From: Aplysia californica
Lineage: Eukaryota
Direction: 5' to 3'
Length of the DNA stretch: 64,000 nt
Assembly: GCF_000002075.1 (NCBI RefSeq)
Contig: NW_004798120.1
Coordinates: 107,848 to 171,847, forward strand
Position 1 is the stretch's first letter. Each line of letters opens with the position of its first letter. The position numbers and the translations under genes are program-made. A model generated the notes under the pieces. It made no database searches. It was not told the DNA's origin and was given only the letters and a program-made list of their open reading frames with translations. Shown here piece by piece: positions 12,628 to 25,039 of the stretch.

Positions 12628-12989
12628 TAATAGTAATAGATAATAATAGATAGAATTTGTATAGCGCATATCCCCGCTCAACAGCAGGCTCTATGCGCTT
12701 TACACTATATTACATGTATTACCCCAGCAGACCATAGAACACTAAGAAACATTCTCTGCTTCCCGGGAAGCATAATACAGTGCAAGCAGCTGATTAAGCG
12801 CTCAAACACTAACAAACTGACAAGATCTTTCGTTGTCTATAGCCGGGTATCCATTCCTACCTGGGTGAAGTGAGGAAAATTCGTGTAAAGTGCCTTTCCA
12901 AAGGACACAACGTCGGGCCCTTGACGAGATTCGAACCCACGACCTTACGGTTGCGAGTCAAAGAGCCTAACCACTAGGCCACCGAAGCC
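12628..12989 (-). mobile_element. tRNA-derived SINE family C, full-length copy
   Basis: Closely matches 1915-2271, with an intact B box (GGTTCGAATC on -). Other copies: 26762-26884(-, head), 50133-50502(+, degenerate) and 63360-63650(-, headless). Confidence 0.85.
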
Positions 12990-13454
12990 ATCTGTATCGT
13001 CGTCAAGGATGATACCAACAATAGACACACCCAGGAGAGGGTACAAGTTTTCTACTGTATACTCTAAATGCAAGAGCCGCTGCTTTGATCCGTGTCTGCA
13101 TCCTGCACAAACCGTCATCGATTGGTATTTTACCCTGAAGCCTGAAGACTAATGCGGGCCACACACGAAACAGGTCGTCCTCGGGATCTGTGATCCGAAG
13201 GCGATCCTTGAGTTTTGTCCTGAGGCCCACTGAGGCGACCTGGGCCAAGTGCACAGACAATTTTGCCACAAGAGGGATTGACTGCAACATAAATATTCCT
13301 TGCAACACGCAGATCATACGATGGATCTTTTGTAATGACACTGTTCCGAACGGCATTTGCGTGAAAATGTTTCTCGTAACTATCGAGCTCCTCGTATGCT
13401 TTATGTCTTTGAGGTGTCTGTTGCCGTCCTCTTTGAACATAATTTTCCAAAGGC

Positions 13455-15286
13455 ATTGTATTTTGGGATGGTTTTGGCTCTTCCTCTCAGTCATTAGTTC
13501 TAAAGATTTCCTCAGTGATCCGTGGTTTTTGGGTTGAAGCAAGAAAGGAAAAAAGATCTTTGTACACAAGAAAAGCAATTGTCTTTTCTAATGACTTACG
13601 ACCCAACCGGTACAATTTCCACTGTAAATTGGACATTTAAGATACTTGATGTATCGTCTGAACGGGAATGCACAAAACAAAAACTAAACAAAACACCAAA
13701 ACAGCAGTGTAGATATTACTCAAAAACGCTTTCAAATTCAATCCGATTTATTCAGTATTTTGTAACAAGATAAAACAATTAGACAAACAATTTCTTTTTG
13801 TACCGGGTCTTGTACAAGTTCTTTAATCACGCAGACATGTCAACCGAGATGCTGGGTGAGGCAAAGAGAAATAAGGGTACATTGAAAATGTAAAATCCAA
13901 TAGTGATCAACAAAGAGACTAGAGACCCGTAGCAAGAAGTGGGGCACCATTGGACGAAAATATAAGAAATGGTGGGTTGCGTTACAATTGTCTTTTTTAG
14001 TCTTTTAACCCCCCCCCCCCAACACACACACATTTATCACGCTCACCCAGTCCAAAACTTTAAACTACAGATTTACTTCCCCTCATTAAGCCGGTAGGTT
14101 GTTCTCTTTTCAATCGTCCCCGTGGACCTGCTCCATCTAGTGAGTGTACGTGCTGACCCGAGTGTAGAAAGCCGAGACAACTCCCCTGCCACAGCCGAAG
14201 CCAGTGGAGACAATCCTGCCACAACAGTAGACACCTGGTCTTCCAGCTCGCTCAAACAGCAGGGGGCTCCCAGAATGTTCCTGTACCATACATTGAGGAG
14301 ATGTCAAAGAAGGGTTCAATGGAACATGGAAAAGTCGTTTTGTTCATTTCGATCATTTAGGTTTGTCTTTACTCTTCAATGTGCAGTCAAACTTGTACAA
14401 GACTAACGTCCAATACCGACAATTGGTCTTGGACATATAGTTGTTTTGGACTTTCGTATTGAAAATTCAAAAAGGGGAGGATCTTTTGGGCGAAGCCTTT
14501 TTAATTGGCAGTCGATAGAGCTTTAAAAGGAAATGAATCTGACGATGTTCAATCTAAAATGTGTATATTATTGCGATTGAACTTATTGGAATTTGAAATT
14601 CCCAGATAAATAGATATTTTAAGAAAATGAATCAAGCTTTAAGGGAGGGGGTGGCAATTTTAAATGGACCATTTTGGGTCAATTTACGGTATCAAGACTT
14701 AAAATCGTAATACTTTAACAGTTGTAAATCTAAAAAATGCTTAGTCTTTTGTGTTACAATCATCTTTAAGATTTTCAGTCCAAGAACTATTTTGTCTATT
14801 CTGTAACAAAATGTCAATTTTTCGCAAATCTTCAATTTCATAGCTTTTCTCATCTACATTTTAAAATTTTCTCTTTGATTCCAAAGAAATTTTCAGGGCT
14901 TGTAATTCACACCATAACCTAACTATATAAGGGGAAAATCAAATCGATGCTTTCATAAGCAAGTTGCATGTGTGACTGACAAAGTCACGGGCATGAAGGG
15001 AAGGTCAGTTATCCATCTCTAACAACTTTTCCTTTTCAAAATATCCAAGATCCCAATAGTACCAAAATGTTGTATTCTATCAATCATTTATGTTGGTAAA
15101 CAGAAAATCTGTTGTACTTTTATGAGAAGTTTTTTTAATTTTCATATACTCCCGCCATTACCATGGTAACGGCAGACTTTAAAAAATTCAAAGTTACATT
15201 TTAGAGATATTTTCCTGTTATACCTCCATGTTAAAAGGCTTTATCTGAAAGGTCATAGTTACCGAGATGGGCTTATAAATCTGCCA
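13455..15286. repeat. Left arm of ~1.8-kb inverted duplication (partner 22147-24321); probably a DNA-transposon relic
   Basis: Colinear reverse-complement matches, e.g. 13480-13555 vs 24220-24295, 13690-13830 vs 23300-23450, 14090-14460 vs 22720-23090 and 14935-15270 vs 22160-22490. Confidence 0.9.
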
Positions 15287-15299
15287 TTCCATCTTTTCG

Positions 15300-18200
15300 A
15301 CCTCCCAAGCCCACTACTAGACTGGGCCAAAGAAAGTGGAAGGAGCGGCCTTTTAGACAGCCCGACCGACGACGAACTACAAAAAATAGACTTTAAAAAG
15401 GCACAGAAAAAAAATCCAAAAAGAACAGACGAACGACAACAGCAACGGAAACGACAGTGACGGATAGGAAGAGGACATCAAACGACGTAGTACAACAGAA
15501 CAGATTTCAACTACTCAGCGGAACTGACGACGATAGCGACGGTGACAAGAACAGAAAAAAGAAATTAGCAAGGACAGAAGACAAAGTAGAAAACATGACG
15601 ACTGACAGTGACTCATCTGAATTCTTTTAATGATGTTCCCATTGTTTAATTCTTTTTCCTTGAGCACCACAGGATGAATGAACTGAAAGTAATGACACTG
15701 AACACAAGAGGAACGAATGGTAAGCTGCCCCAACTAACACACCTCATTACCACACACAAGCCAGACTTTTTATTACTACAAGAAACTAACATAGACACCG
15801 AATACAAAGCACAAGCATACACACACTCACTAGGGCTCAGTAAAGGCATTTTCAGTCTAGGTAAATTTTGCAGAGGAACAGCCATACTACAAACATCCAA
15901 CAGATGACACATCACACAACACACAACAAACGAGACAGGTAGAATAACCACCGCAACGATCACCGACAAGACAGACACCTACAAATTGGTCAACATTTAC
16001 GCACCGGCTGTCCCAAACACCCGAACAAGTTTTTACGAAGAGCTACAGAGTACACTCAGCACATCTACACACAAACTCATACTGGCGGGAGATTTCAACG
16101 TCACTTAAGACGACAGAGACATAATGGGGACACAGGTAGGAAAAGGGCGACAAGGCAGAACAACACTACAACAAATAATAGACACACACTATCTGAAAGA
16201 TAGCCACAGAGAAACACACGTAAACAAAAATGATACAACGCACAACAATTCTGGAATAGATAGAGCAACCAGGATAGACAGAATCTACGTACACGACACT
16301 GACAAAATCGCACAGTGCGAACACTTAGACCACACGTTGACATTCACAGACCATAAAGCAGTAGTAACAACAATAAACACAAACAACACGCAGCCGAGAC
16401 GATCACCGCACTGGAAATTTAACAACACACTACTCGACAACGAAGAATACACAACCATGATTACAGAAACGATCAAACGACACACACAAAGACTACAAAC
16501 TAACAATGCTAGAGAGACATGGGACAACTTAAAACGTATCATTAAACTGGACACAATATACAAAGCCAAAGAGATCTGTAGAAGTAGGAGACATAGACAG
16601 CAACAATTAGAATACAGAATAGAACTCGCAAAACAGTTAGGGTTACAAGAAACGCAAAACATAGTGGAATTCAGGGAAGAGTTAGAAGAACTAAATCAAA
16701 TAAAATATAGAGGAGCTCGCATTCGAACTAAATACCCAACAATAAAAGACGAAAAACCAACACCAGTATACCTGGCTTTGGAACAAAACATACAAAAACA
16801 TAGAATGATAACAGCAATTACAGACGCACAAGGCAATACACAAAAAGACACACATAAAATAACAGACGCCTTTCAAAATTTCTACAGCGCACTTTACGCT
16901 GAACAAGATACTGACGAATCAGTACAAGACAATTACATGCAACACGCCGCACAACTCACACACGACCAACAACAAATCCTCGAGACAGATATTTCCATAA
17001 CACACCTGCAAAACGCACTCAACTCGATGAAGAAAAACACCTCGCCCGGCCCTGATGGCTTGACAGTCGAGTTTTACCTCGCTTTCTTCCCCGTTTTGGC
17101 CCCCCTCTTTACAGCGATGGTAAAAGAAAGCTATGAGTTAGAATGTTTGCCGGAGTCACTAAACTTATCGTACATATCCCTCATTCCGAAAAACTCAGGC
17201 TCCCCTCTGGGAATGAAAAACTACCGTCCCATATCTTTATTAAACGTAGACTACAAAATTATCTCCAAGACCCTAACGAACAAGTTGAGACCGTTCATGC
17301 AACACGTAATACACACAGACCAAGCCTGCGCAGTACACGGTATATAGAACAATACAAGATCACAACCACACACTTAGGGACATTATCACATACGCAGAAG
17401 ACAAACAGTTAGACACATGCATACTTTCCCTAGACCAGACTAAGGCATTTGACAGAGTGTCTCATTCGTTTTTACACAAAGTTTTAGAAAGAAGCAATTT
17501 AGGCCCAAAGTTTCAGAAATGGATTCAAATATTATATAAAAAAACACAATCAAAAATTCTAGTTAACCATACCCTGTCAGATGCCTTCAATATAGGAAGA
17601 TCAGTTCGACAAGGAGACTCCCTAAGCCCACTTTTATATGTATTAAGTTTAGAACCTTTACTAAATTCAATCCGAAAAGACCCACAGATTGCAGGTATCA
17701 AACTCCCGGGAGGGGGGGAACAAAAGTTAATAGCGTTCGCGGACGACACACATTTTTCCCCAACTAATTCTAAATCTATACTTCAGATCGTTAATCATTT
17801 TCGTTATTTTGGCAGGGGGAGCGTATCAGAAATTAATGAAACAAAAGGTCAGGCGATAAAGTTAGGAAAATGGAAAGATAGGGCAAACGATCCGATCCGA
17901 TTAAATTGGGTGCAAGAAATAAAAATTTTCGGCAATTACTATAGGAAATCAAGAGACCAAAACTCCCCAACTAAATAGAATGACCTTGTCGAGCAGATCC
18001 AAACCCTCTTACCTAAACTCTATTACAAACAGACATCAATTTCCGGCCGCAGTATTTTAATCAACACACTCGTCATTCCAAAAATTAACTACGTCACACA
18101 AACGATAGACCCACCACCCCAGTTTCTCAAACGAATAAAACGACTCATCAGACAATTTATTTTCAAAGGAACTATCCAACGCATCAGACATACAACCTTA

Positions 18201-19503
18201 ATACAGAGCAAGTTCAACGGAGGGATACAGTTACAAGACATAGAGACAAAAACACAAGCCTATATAGATTACAACACATTAGGAACATTGCGAACAACAA
18301 AAAAGACACCCCTTAGCTCACTACTACATAGGATTACACGTCACAAACCCAACACCGATGGACAACACAATCCCACACTTTTTCGGACGACAACCTACAT
18401 TTTACAAAACATGCCTTCGAGCATACAGACAACACGCCAAATTACTCACTCTCGCACGCACAACGAAAGACATATACACAACGCTAGTAAAACGACAAGC
18501 AACACCATTATACGATCAAATTAAAAGAGGTAGAATATACGCAATCCTAGACTTTTCGGAAACATTTCAAAATTTACACATCAAAGACACAACACCCTTC
18601 CAAAAACAGATCACGTATAGGATACTTTACAACAACACCCCCACAACTCAAGCAAAGAAACACGGAAAAGATAGGTGTAAAATATGTAGACGAAACGAAC
18701 GAGAAACAGAAGAACATATATTCTACACATGCCCGCACATTCAACAGACCAAACACGCACTAGCAAAATTACTCAACACAAACCCAGACACACAGGTAGA
18801 CATATACAAAGCAATCTTTCTAAACATACTCCCACCACAAACAACAGACAACCACAGCATTAGACTTCAAATCTTAGCAGCGTACAGAGAAGTCATTTGG
18901 CAAGTTAGACTACAAACAGCCTTTAACGACACTACCCACACACCCAACACTATTTCGCAATATTTTCAACAGAAAATTACTTACACCTTTAAAACAGAAA
19001 AAAATGGGCAGTATTTGAAAGATATTTGAGCTGTGGCGAGAGTGAGTGAGTAAATGATTTGAAAGCAAGCAAAACAACGAGGACAGAGACCGAACGGACG
19101 AATTGTGTTAGACAAGACGAGACTGCTCTGTGAGCACAGAGTAACAACGACTCGACAACCCAGGGGTCGAAAGGCGACGAGTGGAAGAGAACACAGCTCA
19201 GGAATAAACGAAATAAAATGAATTATTAAATGGAATATGTACATGGAACGAACGAGAATGAATGAAAAATCATTTATGTGTATGCAAGAGGGGGAGGGGG
19301 AAGGGGTACGAAAGAAAAAGCGGACGGGGATGAGCCGCAAGTGTATTTGTCGAATGAATCTGTGTGAGAAAGAAGGGGACACTAATGAGCCCCACAGTGA
19401 ATGACTCTTGTGGTGTTATGTTTTTGTTGTAAAACCCCCCAAAAATAAAATAAAGGCTCAAATGAAGCCCAAGGGGAAGGGAAAAAAAAAAAGAAAAAAA
19501 AAA
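15300..19503 (+). mobile_element. Tx1/L1-clade LINE, decayed: ORF1 3' end, disrupted ORF2 (15674-19029), 3' UTR and poly(A)
   Basis: APE endonuclease motifs LNTRG, LQET, NIYAP, GDFN, RIDRIY, TDH. RT motifs SPGPDGL..EFY, NYRPISLLNVDYKI, DQTKAFDRVSH, VRQGDSLSPLLY, FADD. C-terminal CKIC..ETEEHIFYTC zinc knuckle. Internal stops and frameshifts at ~15905, ~16105, ~17345, ~17976 and ~18260-18350. AATAAA ~19444 and A-tail 19482-19503. Confidence 0.95.
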
Positions 19504-19933
19504 GGTGAGCACTTTGTCTACTTTCCACTTTTCTCCTTTTTATTTATGATGGTCTACAATTTAATAAATGCACACCACTTCAGGAAAGGGAGATGCCTTG
19601 CTATCTGCAGCAAGTTGTGTCTGTGATAATCCAAGTTAAATTTTCTATTTCCGTTACTTTGTTCCCTCTTTCCTAAACTTCTGTCGTCTTTATCTTCTTT
19701 GTCACTCTCCCTCATCTTCGACACTTTTGACCGTAAAACGCTCACTAAAACGCTAGACCTCGTTTTCTGTACTCAGAAAATCATTAGTTCTTTCGTTCTT
19801 GTTTTCTTCAGCCAACATGGCAACGCACACCGTCTCATTCCTGGAAATGTCCCTCTTTTTTCCTTAATGCACTTTGAGAGTACATACTCGTTCCTTCATT
19901 CGTTCATACTTTCTTTTTCAGCACACCGACAAA

Positions 19934-21716
19934 ATGAAAACTTACATGACTGTCGCGCTGTTTGCAATGTCCCTCGTGGTCATTGGCGCACAAGGTGAGT
20001 ATTGTTGACGTAAATATTTATTTTAGGTTTGAGGAAAGAGGCACATACCTACTCGTGGACCCCTCCATAGTAACTTGTAAAATGAAGGTAAACCTTTTTA
20101 GGATTCCGTTACATTTATACTTTAAGGGCACAAGGCCAGCCTCTGTTGCAATGGTTTGGTCTTTCACCTTTGCATTAAAGAAAATGGGAGTTCAGTTCCC
20201 GTATTTTCATATTTCAAATCTCACTTTACAAGCGATTCGGGTTTCTTTTTAGGATTCGGGTGGTTTCTTTTTAGGCTCAATGTTGGTTGTGATGGTGCCA
20301 GTATTTTCTTTTACTGGCAAAGAACATTCGGGAGCAAATTACTTGTGGGTGCTCTGTGGCTCGCTCCTTATCAAACATTTGTCGCCTATTGTCCCTTCAT
20401 TTTTGTTAAGTCAATAAAAGACAAATGCATTTTTTGGAACTCCTGAATAGACATAAAGGTCTTGAACATCTATCTCTCACTGGCAAAATTGAAGGCCAAC
20501 GAGCAAGGGGTAAGCCCAGAGCATATCTTCTTAGGGAACCTAAAAAATTGGAAACGTGGAGAAATCGGGAAATCATAGCTTTAAGAGCACCCAAGTAAAG
20601 GAATAAATATAGAACTATGATCGCCGATGTCTGTCTCAGATCTGGCACTGGATGGTGAGGATGAATCGGTTTCTAAGGTCGCGCCACAAAAAATTATATG
20701 GTTCAAAGAACACTAGAAAGTAAGGAACCTTCCCTTTTGGGAAAGTCGGGTAAAGGTCTAGTTGAGGCCTCCATTCTGAAAATGCTTGACCTACTTCATT
20801 TAGTTCTCCATTGTAGTATTAGGAAGGAAGCTCTCTACTAGACCTTTATCGTGGAGAGCTTATTTTTAAAGTATGCCATAGAAACTATTACTGTCAGCAT
20901 TTTTAGCTTTGAACGTAACCTAAACCTCGAATATAACCGTATCACATTGGTTTTCACCTTTGTCAGTGCCCGAGGAGGCAGAGCAAGAGCAAGGACCAGT
21001 GCCCGAGGTAGAGCAAGGAACAGTGTCCGATGAGGCACGGAGAGGACTACGAGCGTGTTTCTTGTGCAGGGTCGCTATGAAAACTCTGGATGTGGTTCTG
21101 GATAAACTGTTGGAAGAGGGTGTCCCAGAGGTTGGCTTTTTGTATAAAACTACATATATATATTTTTTTAATTACAGGGTTTTCAACTCCCTTTCAGCAA
21201 TGTCTGGTCATTTGACAGTACCTCTGTAAGTGCCTTTCCCAAGGACGACTTCGGATTTTGCAAGAATAATTAACACCAAGAAACTTAAGTATGGCGCCTT
21301 GTGAAAAGTTTTTTTTACTCTCTCTTTTGTACAGTTTAAGCACATGCCTTTCTATCTCTGTGCTTGTAGGCTTTGCTTCGATTTGTTATTTAAACGGAGT
21401 AGCCTAAATGTCTTACGTTATTGACTTGCTTATAGCATACTACATTTTACGTAGATTTTTAAAAAGTAAAGCGCCATAAATACTTGCCTCATTTATTCTC
21501 GTACAGTAACTCAGAAATGTTTGTTCTGAAATTTGACAAATTCCTTTTACCTATCAACAGGAGAAAATTGCTGATGCTCTGTCCAATGGTTGCGGCAAAC
21601 TTCCAAAATTCTTGAGACCTACATGTAGGAAGATTGCCAAACCAGAAAATGTGGGCCTGCTGCTGAGTCTTCCTTCCAAAGGTGTGTGCCGCAAAATCCG
21701 TCTCTGTCGTTTCTAG
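19934..21716 (+). CDS. Secreted saposin-like protein (SAPLIP, NK-lysin/amoebapore type), 126-aa prepropeptide; exons 19934-19994, 20967-21130, 21561-21716
   Basis: Phase-consistent GT-AG splicing (phase 1, then 0) gives MKTYMTVALFAMSLVVIGAQ-VPEEAEQEQGPVPEVEQGTVSDEARR-GLRACFLCRVAMKTLDVVLDKLLEEGVPEEKIADALSNGCGKLPKFLRPTCRKIAKPENVGLLLSLPSKGVCRKIRLCRF*. It has a signal peptide, an acidic propiece, a dibasic site and six Cys in saposin-B spacing (CxxC ... C ... C ... CxxxxxC). Confidence 0.9.
20455..20665 (+). mobile_element. RTE-clade LINE 3' fragment in SAPLIP intron 1
   Basis: Encodes GLEHLSLTGKIEGQRARGKPRAY (RTE C-terminal GKIEG.R.RGRPR motif). A related fragment at ~28600-28920 shares the tail tgatcg.cgatgtctgt..agatctg. 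Confidence 0.7.
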
Positions 21717-22146
21717 AGGTAAATCTGCGGGACATTCAGTTTTGCGGGACATTCAGTTAACTCTTTGGGTTTTTTTTAATTGTCACACTTCTATCATTCA
21801 CATTTACTCCATAAAAAAAAAATGCTGGCGATTAAAAGAATACTCAGCTGGTTACAAGCTAAAAGTACTCAAAGCAGACAGGCCAATAGCATCAAACTTT
21901 TTTCTTGGCGCTTAACAAAATTAAGTGTAAAGTATCTACTCAACCGATCAGCTTCTTAAGGCCCTATGTTACCTAGGATCATGTGTGAAGGGAGGGGGGG
22001 GGCACGTAATCTGATAGTGATAGTAATGAGCAATTTAGTATGCGTATTTTACAACTTTCTGATGCCAATTTTTTTCCCCTGATGCATTGAACAGTTCCCT
22101 TAAACTTAAACTGAGAAAGGTCGGTCCTTACAATTTAGGGAGGGGC

Positions 22147-24321
22147 TGGTTTATAAATCTCGGTAACTAGGACCTTTCAGATAAAGCCTTGTTGTAGCAT
22201 GGAGGGAAAACATGAAAACATCTCTAAAATGTAACGTTAATTTTTTTAAAAGTCTACGGCCACCACGGTAACGGCAGGAATATTGAAAATACAGCTTTCA
22301 TGACAGTACAAAGGATTTTTTAAATTTATCAACCGAAGAATACAATTTGGTACAATTGGGATCTTGGATATCTTGAATAGGAAAAGTTAGAGATGGATAA
22401 CTAACCTACCCCTTCATGCCTGTGAATTCGATTACATAAAATCATCCATGATGCATCTTGCTTATGAAAGCATAGATTTGATTTTCCACCTGTTTAGTTG
22501 GGTAAATACCGTAAATTGACCCACAATCGTCAATCCCCTTTTCATTTATCTGGGAATTTCAAATTCCTGTAAGATTAATCGCTATAATATACACATTTTA
22601 GATTGAACATCGGCAGATTCATTTCCTTTTAAAGCTCTATCGACTGCCAATTAAAAATGCATCGCCCAAAAGATCTTCCACTTTCCATTCCCCTCCCCTC
22701 TCCCCTCTTTAGATTTTAAATACGAAAGTCCAAGAGAACTATATGTCATGTCCAAGACCAATTGTCGGTACTGGACGTTCGTCTTGTACAACTTTGACTA
22801 CATTTGAAGAGTAAAGACACACCTAAATGTACAAAAATGGCTTCTCCATGTTCCATTGAACCCTTCTTTGACATCTCCTCAATGTATGGTACAGGAACAT
22901 TCTGGAGCCCCCTGCTCTGTGAGCGAGCTGGAAGACCAGGTGTCTACTGTTGTGGCAGGAATTGTCTCCACGGGCTTCGGCTGTGGCGGGGAGGTTGTCT
23001 CGGCTGTCTACACTCGGGTCAACAAGTACACTCACTAGATGGAGCAGGTCATTGGGGACGATTGAAAAGAGAACGCCTACCGGCTTAATGAAACTAAATC
23101 TCAAAGTTTTGAACAGAGTGAGCGTTATAAGTGTGTGTGTGTGGGGGGGGGGGATGCTGAGTTTGTCCAATGGTGCCCCACTTTTTGCCACGCACCTCTT
23201 GTCTTTTGTTGATCACTACTGGATTTTACATTTTCAATGTACCCTTATTTCTCTTTGCCTATTTCGCCCAGCATCTCGGTTGACATGTTTGTGTGACTAA
23301 GGAATTTGTACAAGACCCGGTACAAAAAGAAATTGTTTGTCTGCAAATTGTTTTATCTTGTTACAGAATACTGAATAAATCGGATGGAATTTGAAAGCGT
23401 TTGTGAGTAAATATCTACATTCCCGTTTGTTTTGGTGTTTTGTTTGGTTTTTGTTTTGTGGATTCCCGTTACGATGATACATCAAGTGTCTAAGGCGGGC
23501 CCTCCATACACGGCACATGACTTGTCGGCACGTGCCGTGGCTAATACCCCTCCCTCCATGGGCCATAGCACGACATCACAACACATCACAACCATGGATT
23601 CGTCTGATGAAGATACTCTTGATCATGTTAGCAATTCTAAATAATCGAAAAAAGAGGAAAAGGTGGATCATGTGGTGCAGAGAACATTTTCTATTGAGGA
23701 GTAGAGGAGAGTTTCATCGACCTTTCAGCTCCTTGATGAGACGTAGAGATGAGACATTGTTCTTCAACTACCTAAGAATGTCATACAGAACGTATGATGA
23801 ACTAAAGAACCTAGTGCTTCCTCGTCTACAACCAATTGGTTGTAATTTATTGTGAACCAATCGGGTTTTGGGGGTCCCAAAGAAGCGATCGGTCTCTCAC
23901 AAGTTCAATAATTTCTTTCTTGTAGTCATCCATTTTGGCAGCACACGACACAAAAAACGAGCAATGCAGCAAAGCAAGGCACGCAATGTTTCGTCGTGGC
24001 TGTGTCGTGGCGTCAATGGAGTGTACAACTCGAAATGGTTGTGTTTGATTTTATTTCGCACGCTTGCCATGTGCTGTGTGCCGTGTGCCGTGTGCCGTCT
24101 ATGGAGGGTCCGCCTTAAATGTCCAATTTACAGTGGTAAATTGAACCGGTTGGGTTGTAAGTCATTAGGAACGACAATTGCTTTTCTTGTCTTGTCCAAA
24201 GCTCGTCTTTTTCCTTCGTCTTTTTCCTTTCTTGCTTCAACCCAAATCATGGATCACTGAGGAAATCTTCAGAGCTAATGACTGAGAGGAAGAGAGCCAA
24301 AAAACCAATCCAAAATACAAG
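22147..24321. repeat. Right arm of the inverted duplication, interrupted by a Harbinger element
   Basis: Reverse complement of 13455-15286 apart from indels and the 23494-24114 insertion. Confidence 0.9.
23494..24114 (+). mobile_element. PIF/Harbinger internally deleted DNA transposon
   Basis: TIRs GGCGGGCCCTCCATACACGGCAC / GTGCCGTCTATGGAGGGTCCGCC, flanked by TAA and TTA. Internal frame KRWIMWCREHFLLRSRGEFHRPFSSLMRRRDETLFFNYLRMSYRTYDELKNLV matches the Harbinger transposase N-terminus (W...R..GEF..L....F.NY.RMS..FDEL). The empty site is visible in the other arm at ~13625-13650. Confidence 0.9.
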
Positions 24322-24403
24322 ACTAAAAATGCAGAGGCCAAGAAAGCTTGGATCGATATAAAATGTTCAGAAAATATGTATTAGATCTATAGGAAATGGG
24401 TAA

Positions 24404-25039
24404 AGCCCCCCACTCACTACACTGTTCCCGATCTCAAGATGGTCTTAAGATGAACTGACAATCGGATCTGTAAGCGATCTCATTTGTGCCCACACTACCC
24501 ATGCCAGCACATTTATCAAAATGGCTCCCACCCAAAGTAAAGTTGTTGCAACCTGTATATTGTTTCTCTAATTTACTCTATTGTTGTTGTTTTTTAAAAT
24601 GACAATATGCGGTTGAATTGTTTTGAATACTGAGGAAAAATCAACAAAGTACCCTCGTATACGATGATTTTTTCCCTCAGTATTCAACCGCATACGGTCT
24701 TTGAAAAAAAAACTAGCTGCCTGACGCAAAGAATGATTTATTAACGTTGCTACATCAGACGTTTGATAGCACTATTTCGTATCAAATCCCGCTAGCATTT
24801 GATTCTGAAGTAAGATTCGCAAAATTTTGACTTTGACACCCCTTTATTTTTAGCGTCGAGTAACCTGATCTCAGATTCGACTTTCAGGCTCGTTCTGAAT
24901 TCAAGCGATCGCACGGTTTGAGATTTTTAACTAAACAGTCCGGATTTTGGTCTTGAGATCATCTTGAGATCGTGTTCAGTTGGTCTTGAGACCATCTCAA
25001 GACAGGCGCACTTTTTAACTGCGTAGTGAGTGTCGGGCT
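24404..25039. mobile_element. Harbinger/Tourist-like MITE
   Basis: TIRs AGCCCCCCACTCACTAC / GTAGTGAGTGTCGGGCT, with sub-terminal tctcaagatggtcttaaga / tcttgagaccatctcaaga matches and TAA/TTA flanks. Confidence 0.7.
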
